Shown: one piece after another, positions 11,034 to 22,880 of the stretch
Layout of the letters: every line of letters starts with the position of its first letter
Position numbering within the stretch: position 1 is the stretch's first letter
Assembly: GCF_009914755.1 (NCBI RefSeq)
Contig: NC_060929.1
Origin: the human T2T-CHM13v2.0 reference genome, Homo sapiens
DNA: 64,000 nucleotides
Reading direction: 5' to 3' (one strand)
Translations under genes and position numbers: made by a program
Notes under the pieces: model-generated
The model's database searches: none
Told to the model about the DNA's origin: nothing
The model's input: the letters and a program-made list of their open reading frames with translations, nothing else

Positions 11034-14000
11034 ATCGGGGAGTTACTAAGCACCACCCATCCTGCCAACAAAGCCAGCTTAACCCTGTTCTGTCCTGAAG
11101 AAGGGGACTGGAAGAACTCCAATCTTGACAGACACAATCTCCAAGACTTCATCAATATTAAACTCAATTCAGCTTCTATCTTGCCAGAAATGGAAGGACT
11201 TTCTGAGTTTACCGAGTATCTCTCAGAATCAGTGGAAGTCCCATCTCCCTTTGACATCTTGGAACCTCCCACATCGGGTGGATTTCTGAAGCTCTCCAAG
11301 CCCTGCTGTTATATTTTTCCAGGAGGGAGGGGCGATTCTGCCTTGTTTGCAGTGAATGGTTTCAATATGCTCATCAATGGCGGATCAGAGAGAAAATCCT
11401 GCTTCTGGAAGCTCATCCGACACTTAGACCGAGTGGACTCCATCCTGCTCACCCACATTGGGGATGACAATTTGCCTGGAATAAACAGCATGTTACAGCG
11501 GAAAATTGCAGAGCTCGAGGAAGAACAGTCCCAGGGCTCCACCACAAATAGTGACTGGATGAAAAACCTCATCTCCCCTGACTTAGGAGTTGTATTTCTC
11601 AATGTACCTGAAAATCTCAAAAATCCAGAGCCAAACATCAAGATGAAGAGAAGCATAGAAGAAGCCTGCTTCACTCTCCAGTACCTAAACAAATTGTCCA
11701 TGAAACCAGAACCTCTGTTTAGAAGTGTAGGCAATACTATTGATCCTGTCATTCTTTTCCAAAAAATGGGAGTAGGTAAACTTGAGATGTATGTGCTTAA
11801 TCCAGTCAAGAGCAGCAAGGAAATGCAGTATTTTATGCAGCAGTGGACTGGTACCAACAAAGACAAGGCTGAATTCATTCTGCCTAATGGTCAAGAAGTA
11901 GATCTCCCGATTTCCTACTTAACTTCAGTCTCATCTTTGATTGTGTGGCATCCAGCAAACCCTGCGGAGAAAATCATCCGAGTCCTGTTTCCTGGGAACA
12001 GCACCCAGTACAACATCCTGGAAGGGTTGGAAAAGCTCAAACATCTAGACTTTCTGAAGCAGCCACTGGCCACCCAAAAGGATCTCACTGGCCAGGTGCC
12101 CACTCCTGTGGTGAAACAAACAAAACTGAAACAGAGGGCTGATAGCCGAGAAAGTCTGAAGCCAGCCGCAAAACCACTTCCTAGCAAATCCGTGCGCAAG
12201 GAGTCAAAAGAAGAAACCCCTGAGGTCACAAAAGTGAATCACGTGGAAAAGCCACCCAAAGTTGAAAGCAAAGAAAAGGTAATGGTGAAAAAAGACAAGC
12301 CAGTAAAAACAGAGACCAAACCTTCAGTGACTGAAAAGGAGGTTCCCAGCAAAGAAGAGCCATCTCCAGTGAAAGCCGAGGTGGCTGAGAAGCAAGCCAC
12401 AGATGTCAAACCCAAAGCTGCCAAGGAGAAGACGGTGAAAAAGGAAACAAAGGTAAAGCCTGAAGACAAGAAAGAGGAGAAAGAAAAGCCAAAGAAAGAA
12501 GTGGCTAAAAAGGAGGACAAAACACCTATCAAGAAGGAGGAAAAACCAAAAAAGGAAGAGGTGAAAAAAGAAGTCAAAAAAGAGATCAAGAAAGAAGAGA
12601 AAAAAGAACCCAAGAAAGAGGTTAAGAAAGAAACACCGCCAAAGGAAGTCAAGAAGGAAGTTAAGAAGGAAGAGAAGAAGGAAGTGAAAAAGGAAGAAAA
12701 GGAACCCAAAAAAGAAATTAAGAAGCTCCCTAAAGACGCAAAGAAATCATCTACTCCTCTGTCTGAAGCAAAAAAACCAGCTGCTTTAAAACCAAAAGTA
12801 CCCAAGAAGGAAGAGTCTGTCAAGAAAGATTCTGTTGCTGCCGGAAAGCCAAAGGAGAAGGGGAAAATAAAAGTCATTAAGAAGGAAGGCAAGGCCGCAG
12901 AGGCTGTCGCTGCAGCTGTCGGCACTGGAGCCACCACAGCAGCTGTCATGGCGGCAGCTGGAATAGCAGCCATTGGCCCTGCCAAAGAACTCGAAGCTGA
13001 GAGGTCCCTTATGTCATCTCCTGAGGATCTAACCAAGGACTTTGAAGAGTTAAAGGCTGAAGAGGTCGATGTAACAAAGGACATCAAGCCTCAGCTGGAG
13101 CTAATCGAAGACGAAGAGAAACTGAAGGAAACTGAGCCAGTCGAAGCCTACGTCATCCAGAAGGAGAGAGAAGTCACCAAAGGTCCTGCCGAGTCCCCTG
13201 ATGAGGGAATCACTACCACTGAAGGGGAGGGCGAATGTGAACAGACACCTGAGGAGCTGGAGCCCGTCGAGAAGCAGGGAGTAGACGACATTGAAAAATT
13301 TGAAGATGAAGGAGCCGGTTTTGAAGAATCTTCAGAGACTGGAGACTATGAAGAGAAGGCAGAAACTGAGGAGGCTGAGGAGCCAGAAGAGGATGGGGAG
13401 GAACACGTATGTGTGAGCGCCTCCAAGCACAGCCCCACTGAGGATGAGGAAAGTGCCAAGGCGGAGGCTGATGCATACATCAGGGAGAAGAGGGAGTCTG
13501 TGGCCAGTGGGGATGACCGAGCCGAAGAAGACATGGATGAGGCCATTGAGAAAGGAGAGGCTGAACAATCTGAAGAGGAGGCTGATGAGGAGGACAAAGC
13601 TGAAGATGCCAGAGAGGAGGAATATGAGCCGGAAAAAATGGAAGCTGAAGACTATGTGATGGCTGTGGTCGACAAGGCTGCAGAGGCTGGTGGTGCCGAG
13701 GAGCAGTATGGATTCCTCACCACACCAACCAAGCAACTAGGAGCCCAGTCTCCTGGCCGAGAACCTGCATCTTCAATTCATGATGAGACTTTACCTGGAG
13801 GCTCAGAGAGCGAGGCCACCGCTTCTGATGAGGAGAATCGAGAAGACCAGCCTGAGGAATTCACTGCCACCTCTGGCTACACTCAGTCTACTATTGAGAT
13901 ATCCAGTGAGCCCACCCCCATGGATGAGATGTCTACCCCTCGAGACGTGATGAGTGATGAGACCAACAATGAAGAGACGGAGTCCCCTTCTCAGGAATTC

Positions 14001-17000
14001 GTAAATATCACCAAATATGAATCTTCATTGTATTCTCAGGAATACTCTAAACCTGCTGATGTTACACCGCTCAACGGATTTTCTGAAGGATCAAAAACAG
14101 ATGCCACTGATGGCAAGGATTACAATGCTTCAGCCTCTACCATATCACCACCCTCTTCCATGGAGGAAGACAAATTCAGCAGATCTGCTTTACGTGATGC
14201 TTACTGCTCTGAAGTGAAAGCCAGCACCACTTTGGACATCAAAGATAGCATCTCAGCTGTTTCAAGTGAAAAGGTCAGCCCATCGAAGAGCCCGTCCCTG
14301 AGTCCATCTCCACCATCACCCTTAGAAAAGACCCCCCTGGGTGAACGTAGTGTGAACTTCTCTCTGACGCCCAATGAGATTAAAGTCTCTGCAGAGGCAG
14401 AAGTAGCCCCGGTGTCTCCTGAGGTGACCCAAGAAGTAGTTGAAGAACATTGTGCTAGTCCTGAGGACAAGACTCTGGAAGTGGTGTCACCATCTCAGTC
14501 CGTGACTGGCAGTGCTGGTCACACACCTTACTATCAATCTCCTACTGACGAGAAATCCAGTCATCTCCCTACAGAAGTCATTGAAAAACCACCAGCAGTT
14601 CCAGTGAGTTTTGAATTCAGTGATGCCAAAGATGAGAATGAAAGGGCTTCAGTAAGCCCCATGGATGAGCCCGTGCCTGACTCAGAGTCTCCTATTGAAA
14701 AAGTTTTGTCTCCTTTACGCAGCCCGCCCCTCATTGGATCCGAGTCTGCTTATGAAAGTTTTCTAAGTGCTGATGACAAGGCTTCTGGCAGAGGTGCCGA
14801 AAGTCCTTTTGAAGAAAAGAGTGGAAAACAAGGCTCTCCAGACCAAGTAAGTCCAGTTTCTGAAATGACTTCTACTAGTCTTTACCAAGACAAACAGGAA
14901 GGGAAAAGCACAGACTTTGCACCAATAAAAGAAGACTTTGGCCAAGAAAAGAAAACTGATGATGTTGAAGCCATGAGTTCTCAACCAGCACTGGCTCTGG
15001 ATGAAAGGAAATTAGGAGATGTTTCTCCCACACAAATAGATGTCAGTCAGTTTGGATCTTTTAAAGAAGACACTAAGATGTCCATTTCTGAAGGTACTGT
15101 CTCAGACAAGTCAGCTACTCCTGTTGATGAGGGCGTAGCAGAAGACACGTACTCTCATATGGAGGGTGTGGCCTCAGTGTCCACAGCCTCAGTGGCTACG
15201 AGCTCATTTCCAGAGCCAACAACAGATGATGTGTCTCCATCTCTGCATGCTGAGGTTGGCTCCCCACATTCCACAGAAGTAGATGACTCCCTTTCAGTGT
15301 CTGTTGTGCAAACACCTACCACATTCCAGGAAACAGAAATGTCTCCATCTAAAGAAGAATGCCCAAGACCGATGTCAATTTCTCCACCAGATTTCTCCCC
15401 TAAAACTGCAAAGTCCAGGACACCCGTTCAAGATCACAGATCTGAACAGTCCTCAATGTCTATTGAATTTGGCCAAGAATCTCCTGAGCAATCCCTTGCT
15501 ATGGACTTCAGTCGACAGTCTCCAGATCACCCTACAGTGGGTGCAGGCGTGCTTCACATCACTGAAAATGGGCCAACTGAAGTGGACTACAGTCCTTCTG
15601 ACATGCAGGACTCCAGTTTATCACATAAGATACCACCTATGGAGGAGCCGTCCTACACCCAAGATAATGATCTTTCTGAGCTCATCTCAGTATCTCAGGT
15701 AGAGGCCTCCCCGTCCACCTCTTCTGCTCATACCCCTTCTCAGATCGCTTCTCCTCTCCAAGAAGATACTCTATCCGATGTTGCTCCTCCCAGAGATATG
15801 TCCTTATATGCCTCACTCACCTCTGAAAAAGTGCAAAGTCTGGAAGGAGAGAAGCTCTCTCCAAAATCTGATATCTCTCCACTCACCCCACGAGAGTCCT
15901 CTCCTTTATATTCACCTACTTTTTCAGATTCTACCTCTGCAGTCAAAGAGAAAACAGCAACTTGCCACAGTTCCTCTTCTCCACCAATAGATGCAGCATC
16001 CGCAGAGCCCTATGGCTTCCGTGCCTCAGTGTTATTCGATACAATGCAACACCATCTAGCCTTGAATAGAGATTTGTCCACACCTGGCCTGGAGAAGGAC
16101 AGTGGAGGGAAGACACCTGGTGACTTTAGCTATGCCTATCAAAAGCCTGAGGAAACAACCAGGTCCCCAGATGAAGAAGATTATGACTATGAGTCTTATG
16201 AGAAGACCACCCGGACCTCAGATGTGGGTGGCTATTACTATGAGAAGATAGAGAGAACCACAAAATCTCCAAGTGACAGTGGCTACTCCTATGAGACCAT
16301 TGGGAAAACTACCAAGACCCCTGAAGATGGTGACTATTCCTATGAAATTATTGAGAAGACCACACGGACCCCTGAAGAGGGTGGGTACTCATATGACATA
16401 AGTGAAAAGACCACCAGCCCCCCCGAAGTGAGTGGTTACAGCTATGAAAAGACTGAGAGGTCTAGAAGGCTTCTGGATGACATCAGCAATGGCTATGATG
16501 ACTCTGAGGATGGTGGCCACACACTTGGGGACCCCAGCTACTCTTATGAAACCACTGAGAAAATTACCAGTTTCCCTGAGTCTGAAGGTTATTCCTATGA
16601 GACATCTACAAAGACAACACGAACCCCTGATACTTCCACATACTGTTACGAGACTGCAGAGAAAATCACTAGAACCCCTCAGGCATCCACATATTCCTAC
16701 GAGACTTCAGACCTATGCTACACTGCAGAAAAGAAGTCCCCCTCAGAAGCCCGTCAGGATGTCGATTTATGCCTCGTGTCCTCTTGTGAATACAAGCACC
16801 CCAAGACAGAGCTTTCACCCTCTTTCATTAATCCCAATCCTCTTGAGTGGTTTGCCAGTGAAGAACCCACTGAAGAATCTGAAAAGCCCCTCACTCAATC
16901 AGGGGGAGCCCCACCGCCTCCAGGAGGAAAGCAACAGGGCCGACAGTGTGATGAAACCCCTCCCACCTCAGTCAGCGAGTCAGCCCCATCCCAGACCGAC

Positions 17001-17535
17001 TCTGATGTTCCCCCGGAGACTGAAGAGTGCCCCTCCATCACGGCCGATGCCAATATCGACTCTGAAGACGAGTCGGAAACCATCCCCACAGACAAAACTG
17101 TCACGTACAAACACATGGACCCACCTCCAGCTCCCGTGCAAGACCGCAGCCCTTCGCCACGCCACCCTGATGTGTCCATGGTGGACCCAGAGGCCTTGGC
17201 CATTGAGCAGAACCTGGGCAAAGCTCTAAAGAAAGATCTGAAAGAGAAGACCAAAACCAAAAAGCCAGGTACAAAGACCAAGTCATCTTCACCTGTCAAA
17301 AAGAGTGATGGGAAGTCTAAGCCCTTGGCAGCTTCACCAAAACCAGCGGGCTTGAAAGAATCCTCGGATAAAGTGTCCAGGGTGGCTTCTCCTAAGAAGA
17401 AAGAATCTGTGGAAAAGGCAGCAAAACCCACCACCACTCCTGAGGTCAAAGCTGCACGTGGGGAAGAGAAAGACAAGGAGACCAAGAATGCTGCCAATGC
17501 CTCTGCATCCAAGTCGGCCAAGACCGCCACTGCAG
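11034..17535 (+). CDS. MAP1B: MAP1B giant coding exon 5 (6,502 bp; about aa 171-2338): most of the heavy chain and the N-terminal part of light chain LC1
   Basis: The 2222-aa ORF 10980..17648 contains IGELLSTTHPANK, the conserved CCYIFPGGRGDSALFAVNGFNMLINGG block, KKEE repeats, an acidic region and YSYE repeats. Acceptor (ttct)n..cccag at 11031-11033, donor gcag|gtagg at 17536. Confidence 0.99.
12421..12735 (+). repeat. MAP1B: MAP1B KKEE/KKEV/KKEI lysine-rich repeat region (heavy-chain microtubule-binding domain)
   Basis: Many KKE[E/V/I/T/P] motifs in the translation and a strongly A/G-rich coding strand. Confidence 0.93.
16131..16742 (+). repeat. MAP1B: Twelve 17-aa (51-nt) MAP1B YSYE-type tandem repeats
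   Basis: Y-x-Y-E-like starts at 16131, 16182, 16233, 16284, 16335, 16386, 16437, 16488 (degenerate NGYD), 16539, 16590, 16641 and 16692, at exact 51-nt spacing. Confidence 0.95.
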
Positions 17536-18249
17536 GTAGGTTGAGAAGGCTGGGCATTGGATATATGTCACAACCATTCTACTTGCGTTTACAGCCTTTA
17601 TATTTCCCTGTTTGGCTTTGTACTGGGAAGATGAGGGAGCACAATTGATGCTTTACCTTCCCTGTACTCTTCTCCTCTGCCCAAAGGTATATATCTCAGT
17701 CCAGTGTGGCCTTAAGGCTTGGAAATAGCTCAGTGTATGGTTCAAAGCAGCTGTGATTCATCACTGGGATTCCTGATTTTGTGCCGTTTTCGAACACAGC
17801 AACTACAGCCCTGTTCTAAATCTTCAGAACCAAGGATGTGTCTTTCAGGTGCTTCTGGAAGACTGGTTTCAGCCATACTGGCCTCAGAATCCAGCAGGGT
17901 AACACAGGCCAGGAGCTCCCAAAGGCCTAAGGAGAACCAGAGGTTTCACATCAAGACTGGATCAACCAGTCTAGACCCAAGATTTAGAGTCCTTTTTTAA
18001 AAAAAATTTTTTTTAAATTAAAAATGTTTACATTTTTATTTAAAACATCACCAGGTTGGAGATAAATCCTCATTAAAGGCAGTGTTCCATTTTCTTATCA
18101 GCCAAAAAATACTATAATTTCAGTTGACCAGTGAGTGTCCGGTGAAAATTGAGAGAAAAACATTGATGGCTCTGCTCTTACCCTTCTCTTACCCCATGGC
18201 CTCATTAGTAGAGACTCAATGCTATTTCAGATTAAAATTCCACTGGGAA

Positions 18250-18563
18250 GCTAGATGCATGGCCTCATGCCTGTAATTTCAGCACTTTGGGAGGCTGAGA
18301 TGGAAGGTTAGCTTCAGCCCAGGAAGTTGAGACCAGCCTGTGCAACATAGCAAGACCCTGTCTCCACAAAAAAAAAAAAATGTTTTTTAATTAGCTGGGT
18401 GTGGTGGCACGTGCTTATAGTCTTAGCTACTTGGGAGGCTGAGGCAGGAGGATCACTTCAGCCCAAGAGATCAAGGCTGCAGTGAGCCAGAATTGTATGT
18501 ATCACTGCATGCCAAGCCTGGGTGACAGAGCAAGACCCTGTCTCTCAAAAATAAATAAATAAG
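18250..18563 (+). mobile_element. Full-length old Alu (AluJ-like)
   Basis: Dimeric Alu with an A-rich linker and (aaat)n tail. Confidence 0.92.
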
Positions 18564-19749
18564 CAAATGAAATGCCACTTGGCAAGAGCAGGTATCCCTG
18601 ATTTTTGATCATTCATGTTTTTGGTCATGATTCTCAGATTTATCAGGTTCTCAGCAATGACCTGGGCTTTTGATGGAACTGGTCTATGGCAGTACTGCTT
18701 CATTTTGTTGCTTCACATCAATCACAAGGATTGGCATTCATACATTTTATTTGCTTTAGGTAATTATTCAGAGATTTTTAGATCACAATTCACAAAGTAA
18801 TGTAAATGGACCCAAACATGTAAGGCACAACATAATTTAAATAACATTGCCCTGATTTATTAGGGAAAATCTGATAGAGTAATCTTTGGAGCTCTCCAAT
18901 TAAGTACACTTTAGGATACATTTGTTAAAACTGCAAATTTTTACTTTAAACAATATGGAGTATCAATTTTAAGGCTCAGTTCTCAGCACATTTGGCCTTT
19001 CTACATGCACATAGAAAATAATCGGAATTTTTTCATGTTTAAAATGAATGAAAAACCACCAGATAATTAACCCTTTCATCTGAAAGAGTTGACAACTGAC
19101 CTGCACTTAGGAGAAAACATGAAATCCATTTAAACAGATAAAACCAACTGCAAATTTGCCAGAACATATACATCCTAGCCCACACAATTTTTAAAAAAAC
19201 TTTTTTTGGACATTTAAAGAGGTAATTTAAAGGCAAAGTAATAAGTGAAAATGAGTTAATTTTCATTTATTTTGGAGATGCTTTTAGATGTCTAAAAAGG
19301 CAAAGTTGCAGTACTAATTGACTTTTAAAGCAAACCTGGGCAGTTCTGTCAGTTTGTGCTTCTGTGAGCAATATTCATTTGATGTTGATGGTAGTGATTT
19401 AGAGTAGAGGGCGAAATTGGCAGACATGTTTAATTACTGGAAGAACTGTAACTCACAAACTTCTAGTACAAGTCAGAATTCTTTAGGAATTCTTTGGATA
19501 TTTTGAGGGCTTTCGGCTCAGATTCATTAAAATAAACTATTGATCTATTCATAGAATGAATTAGCTTATCCAATTATTACTTTGGCTGATTCTCACCACT
19601 CCCTAACCTCTCTAAAAATAAAACTGTACAGTTGATAGAATTAGCTGGTGGTTTTCAATCTGGGATGATAGTCTTTAAATATCCTATGGAGAAAGAGGAT
19701 TAAGCATGTAAAATCTAGCTGGTGTTTTAATTGGCTTTACAGCAATGAA

Positions 19750-19909
19750 ACCAGCTGCATATTAGAATCGCCTGGGGTGCTTTTAAAAGACAGTAGTTCC
19801 AGGCCCCAACCCAAGCCCACTTAAGTCAGACTCTAGAGAATGAGGCCTGGGTGTCAGTATTAAGCATCCGAGGTGATTCTGATTATATAGTCAGGCTGAA
19901 GAACCACTG
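19750..19909. mobile_element. MER5-type hAT DNA transposon remnant
   Basis: gctgcatattagaatcgcctggg...gtgattctgat...gaaccactg terminal motif. Confidence 0.7.
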
Positions 19910-20730
19910 CCTCAAAATGCTAGTTCTATTAACATTTCAAAAGCTTTAAACTTCCTAACTGGAACAAGTTAGTTTTCCCAGACCTTTGTGATTTGACTGG
20001 GGGTTTTGGTTGCAGTCTGATATGTCCTGATTAGCTAGAGAAAGCCTAGTCTTTCTGAACCTTCCTTTGCCCAAGTTTGGCATCCAGCCTTGTCTAGGGA
20101 AAGAAGTATCACTTTTCAGAATACTGTGCTAAGGAGAGAATATGGTGTTTCATCAGTTTATGAATGAGATGGAGGTGCTGAGGGCCTTGGAAATCATATG
20201 GGGTTAAGATCAAAACTATTTGCTAGGTAGAATGTTAGGGTATAATATCCAGCTGTGGACAAAATTGCTATCAATGAGACCCTAAAATAGAGCACTAAGA
20301 TCACTTAGCTATGTTTTGCCAAATACAGACGTTTTCTTTTGACTTTTAAAATCTACTTCTTAGATCACTTATCAAATAAAGAAACACATTAACAACTTCT
20401 TTAGGAGGAGTATTATATCTAGTGCCATCTTGGGAAAGGCCTTCAAACTCTTCTTGCTTCCTAATATTGGTTGTCCACAAAGGGAAACTATCCCATTCTT
20501 CATTTCTCCTATTGAGGTGGTAAACAACCATGTTATGTTTTGTCACATTGCTAGCGTAAATGCCCTTGACAGATTACCAGGGAGATGGAAATGCTGTCAC
20601 CACTTTGCATGTCTCAGAGGACCTACTTGTGATTGAATAGGGAAGGTGTGATTGAGTGGGGAACATGTGCTGGATGTATGGTCTCTTCACCTTGCTATGA
20701 CCTTGCTTTGTCTTTGTTTATTTACCCAAG

Positions 20731-20969
20731 GACCAGGAACTACCAAGACGACCAAGTCATCTGCTGTGCCCCCAGGCCTCCCTGTGTATTTGGACCTGTG
20801 CTACATTCCTAACCACAGCAATAGTAAGAATGTTGATGTGGAATTTTTCAAGAGAGTGCGGTCTTCCTACTACGTGGTGAGTGGGAATGACCCTGCTGCT
20901 GAGGAGCCCAGCCGGGCTGTCCTGGACGCTTTGTTGGAAGGAAAGGCTCAGTGGGGCAGCAACATGCAG
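20731..20969 (+). CDS. MAP1B: MAP1B coding exon 6, 239 bp (LC1: GPGTTKTTKSSAVPPGLPVYLDLCYIPNH...QWGSNMQ)
   Basis: cccaag acceptor and cag|gtgaga donor. The phase-1 start completes the Gly codon begun in exon 5. It encodes the conserved MAP1-family C-terminal domain. Confidence 0.96.
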
Positions 20970-21496
20970 GTGAGAACTCCTCGACAGTGTCTGCACTGCC
21001 GATTGAGCTGTGTCCAGAGGCAATGGGAAGGAACCATGTTTAAAGAGGCACCTCATGTGGCTGATCGTGGATCCACATGAGGTGCCTCCTGTGTCTGTCA
21101 CACACGAAATATCCTGAGAACAAAGTCAGTTTAACACACAGTAGGTAGTCTGAAATAATATTCTTGGCACCACCACCAACCACGGCCTTGGAGGAAAGAC
21201 ACCTTAACTAAAGCAGAAACCATTTATCTGCAAAATGGGCCTAAGATTAATTGCCCTTCCTCCAGTATGCCAAGAGTCTTGTGTGTGTGAATCAAAGCGG
21301 TCATATTTCCATATGAGAGCTCCTGAGGAATTGCCTTTCTTCCTTTGTGTTTTATGAGTAGACTGCGGCTAGGAATATGGCCATTTAGAAAAACAGCTCT
21401 CCATGTGAAATTCCACAGCAGGAGCATTGCTGAATATAGTCCCTCACAGGACACTCCCAACTCCCAAACATCATGCCTGACCACAAACCATCCCTT

Positions 21497-21566
21497 ATTT
21501 ATTTAATGACAGGGTCTCCCTATGTTGCCCAGGCTGGTCTCGAACTCCTGGCCTTAAATGATTCTT
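21497..21566 (-). mobile_element. Alu fragment
   Basis: gacagggtctccctatgttgcccaggctggtctcgaactcctggcct. Confidence 0.8.
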
Positions 21567-22251
21567 AGAACCAGCTATTATTAATTCAGCTGTGATCTTT
21601 GCTTATCAAGTTTTATTTGTGGTTCTGTACAAAATTACCTAGTAAATTGTGCTTGTATCATATTATATAGAATTACTTGTTATTTAATCATATGAAATCT
21701 AATGAGAGGCACCCAGTGGCTCCCTACTGAATGCTAGATGGAATTTATACTATTCAGGACATTACTTACCCACCCCATACCTCCATCCCCAACCACACAC
21801 ATAAAGTAAAGGTGCAGATCTTTGTTCTCAGGACAAAATGTTAGTTACTCACAATGAGTGGGCTTTTGAGGGCTTTGAAGTGCGCGATAAAATCCTTGGA
21901 TTAAATATGCAATATCTTTTATGCAAAACTTACCAGTTGTGTTAAAGGAAATACAAAAAATTGTACCCTAACGGAAGCACTTCTCTTAACAGTAAAGAAC
22001 TGAGAAACTGATTAATTGCTTTTTGGTTCCAGCCTTCAGTTTCCCTTAGAAACAATAGCTTTTCTTTGCAGCTTTATTCTGGTTCCTGGAAAATATACAT
22101 TGAAAAATCCTTTGCATTTCTTGAGGAAAATAGAAAAGTTTTCTCTCATTTCCCTTCTTCTTCCAGTGGTCTAATACCTTGCTATTCAATTTTTTTCATA
22201 TGGTTTCTGTTTCTGCCCTTAAATAGCTATTTTTTTTTTCTCTCCCTGCAG

Positions 22252-22407
22252 GTGACACTGATCCCAACTCATGACTCAGAAGTGATGAGGGAATGGTACC
22301 AGGAGACCCATGAGAAACAGCAAGATCTCAACATCATGGTTTTAGCAAGCAGCAGCACAGTGGTTATGCAAGATGAATCCTTCCCTGCATGCAAGATTGA
22401 ACTGTAA
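22252..22407 (+). CDS. MAP1B: MAP1B terminal coding exon 7 (VTLIPTHDSEVMREWYQETHEK...FPACKIEL*)
   Basis: Long T/C tract plus ctgcag acceptor and TAA at 22405-22407. The exon lengths are consistent with the recalled 2468-aa protein. Confidence 0.97.
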   Translation: MTLIPTHDSEVMREWYQETHEKQQDLNIMVLASSSTVVMQDESFPACKIEL

Positions 22408-22721
22408 AAACCAAGGCCAGCCACACCACAGGATCTGAACTTTGTTTCCAGAAATTCTTCAATTTGAAATCACCTTTTCTAAAAAGTCAATTCATCTAGT
22501 TAAGTCGCTGAACAATTACCTGCCAAATGCTATACTGTGTCATGGTGATGCAAGTCACTAAATTTCTCAGTTTTTGCTGATTGCTAAGGGAAATAACAGT
22601 ATTTCCACAATAGGGTTCAAATTCCTGCAAAATTACCTACCCCAGTTCATCTCTGCTGAACATTTGGAAACCATGCACTAGCCAACCCAACTGACTTCTG
22701 CTAGGTAGAGGCATTTGTCTT

Positions 22722-22880
22722 AGAGAGAGAGAGAGCGCGGGAGAGAGTGAGAGAGAGTGAGAGCACAAAGATAACGCAGGAGAGAGAGAGAGAAAGAATG
22801 AGAAAGAAAAGGAATGCAAGAGAAGGAGATGTAATGACAGAGAGTTCTGGTGAGATACCCAGAGAGAAAAAGAGAGAGCA
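22722..22880 (+). repeat. Imperfect (GA)n purine-rich tract in the MAP1B 3'UTR
   Basis: agagagagagagagcgcgggagagagtgagagagagtgagag... seen directly. Confidence 0.9.

Noticed and set aside
12239-13087. 282-aa antisense ORF, and others at 11309-11878 and 16895-17557
   Set aside because: These are antisense shadows of the codon-biased MAP1B frame, giving low-complexity F/S/L/T sequence with no independent gene signals.
16131-16742. Regular 51-nt periodicity resembling a CRISPR-like array
   Set aside because: It is a degenerate in-frame protein repeat in a eukaryotic exon, with no identical repeats, spacers or cas genes.
20652-22407. ORFs 20652..21080 and 22066..22407 as separate genes
   Set aside because: They are MAP1B exons 6 and 7 plus intronic flanks.
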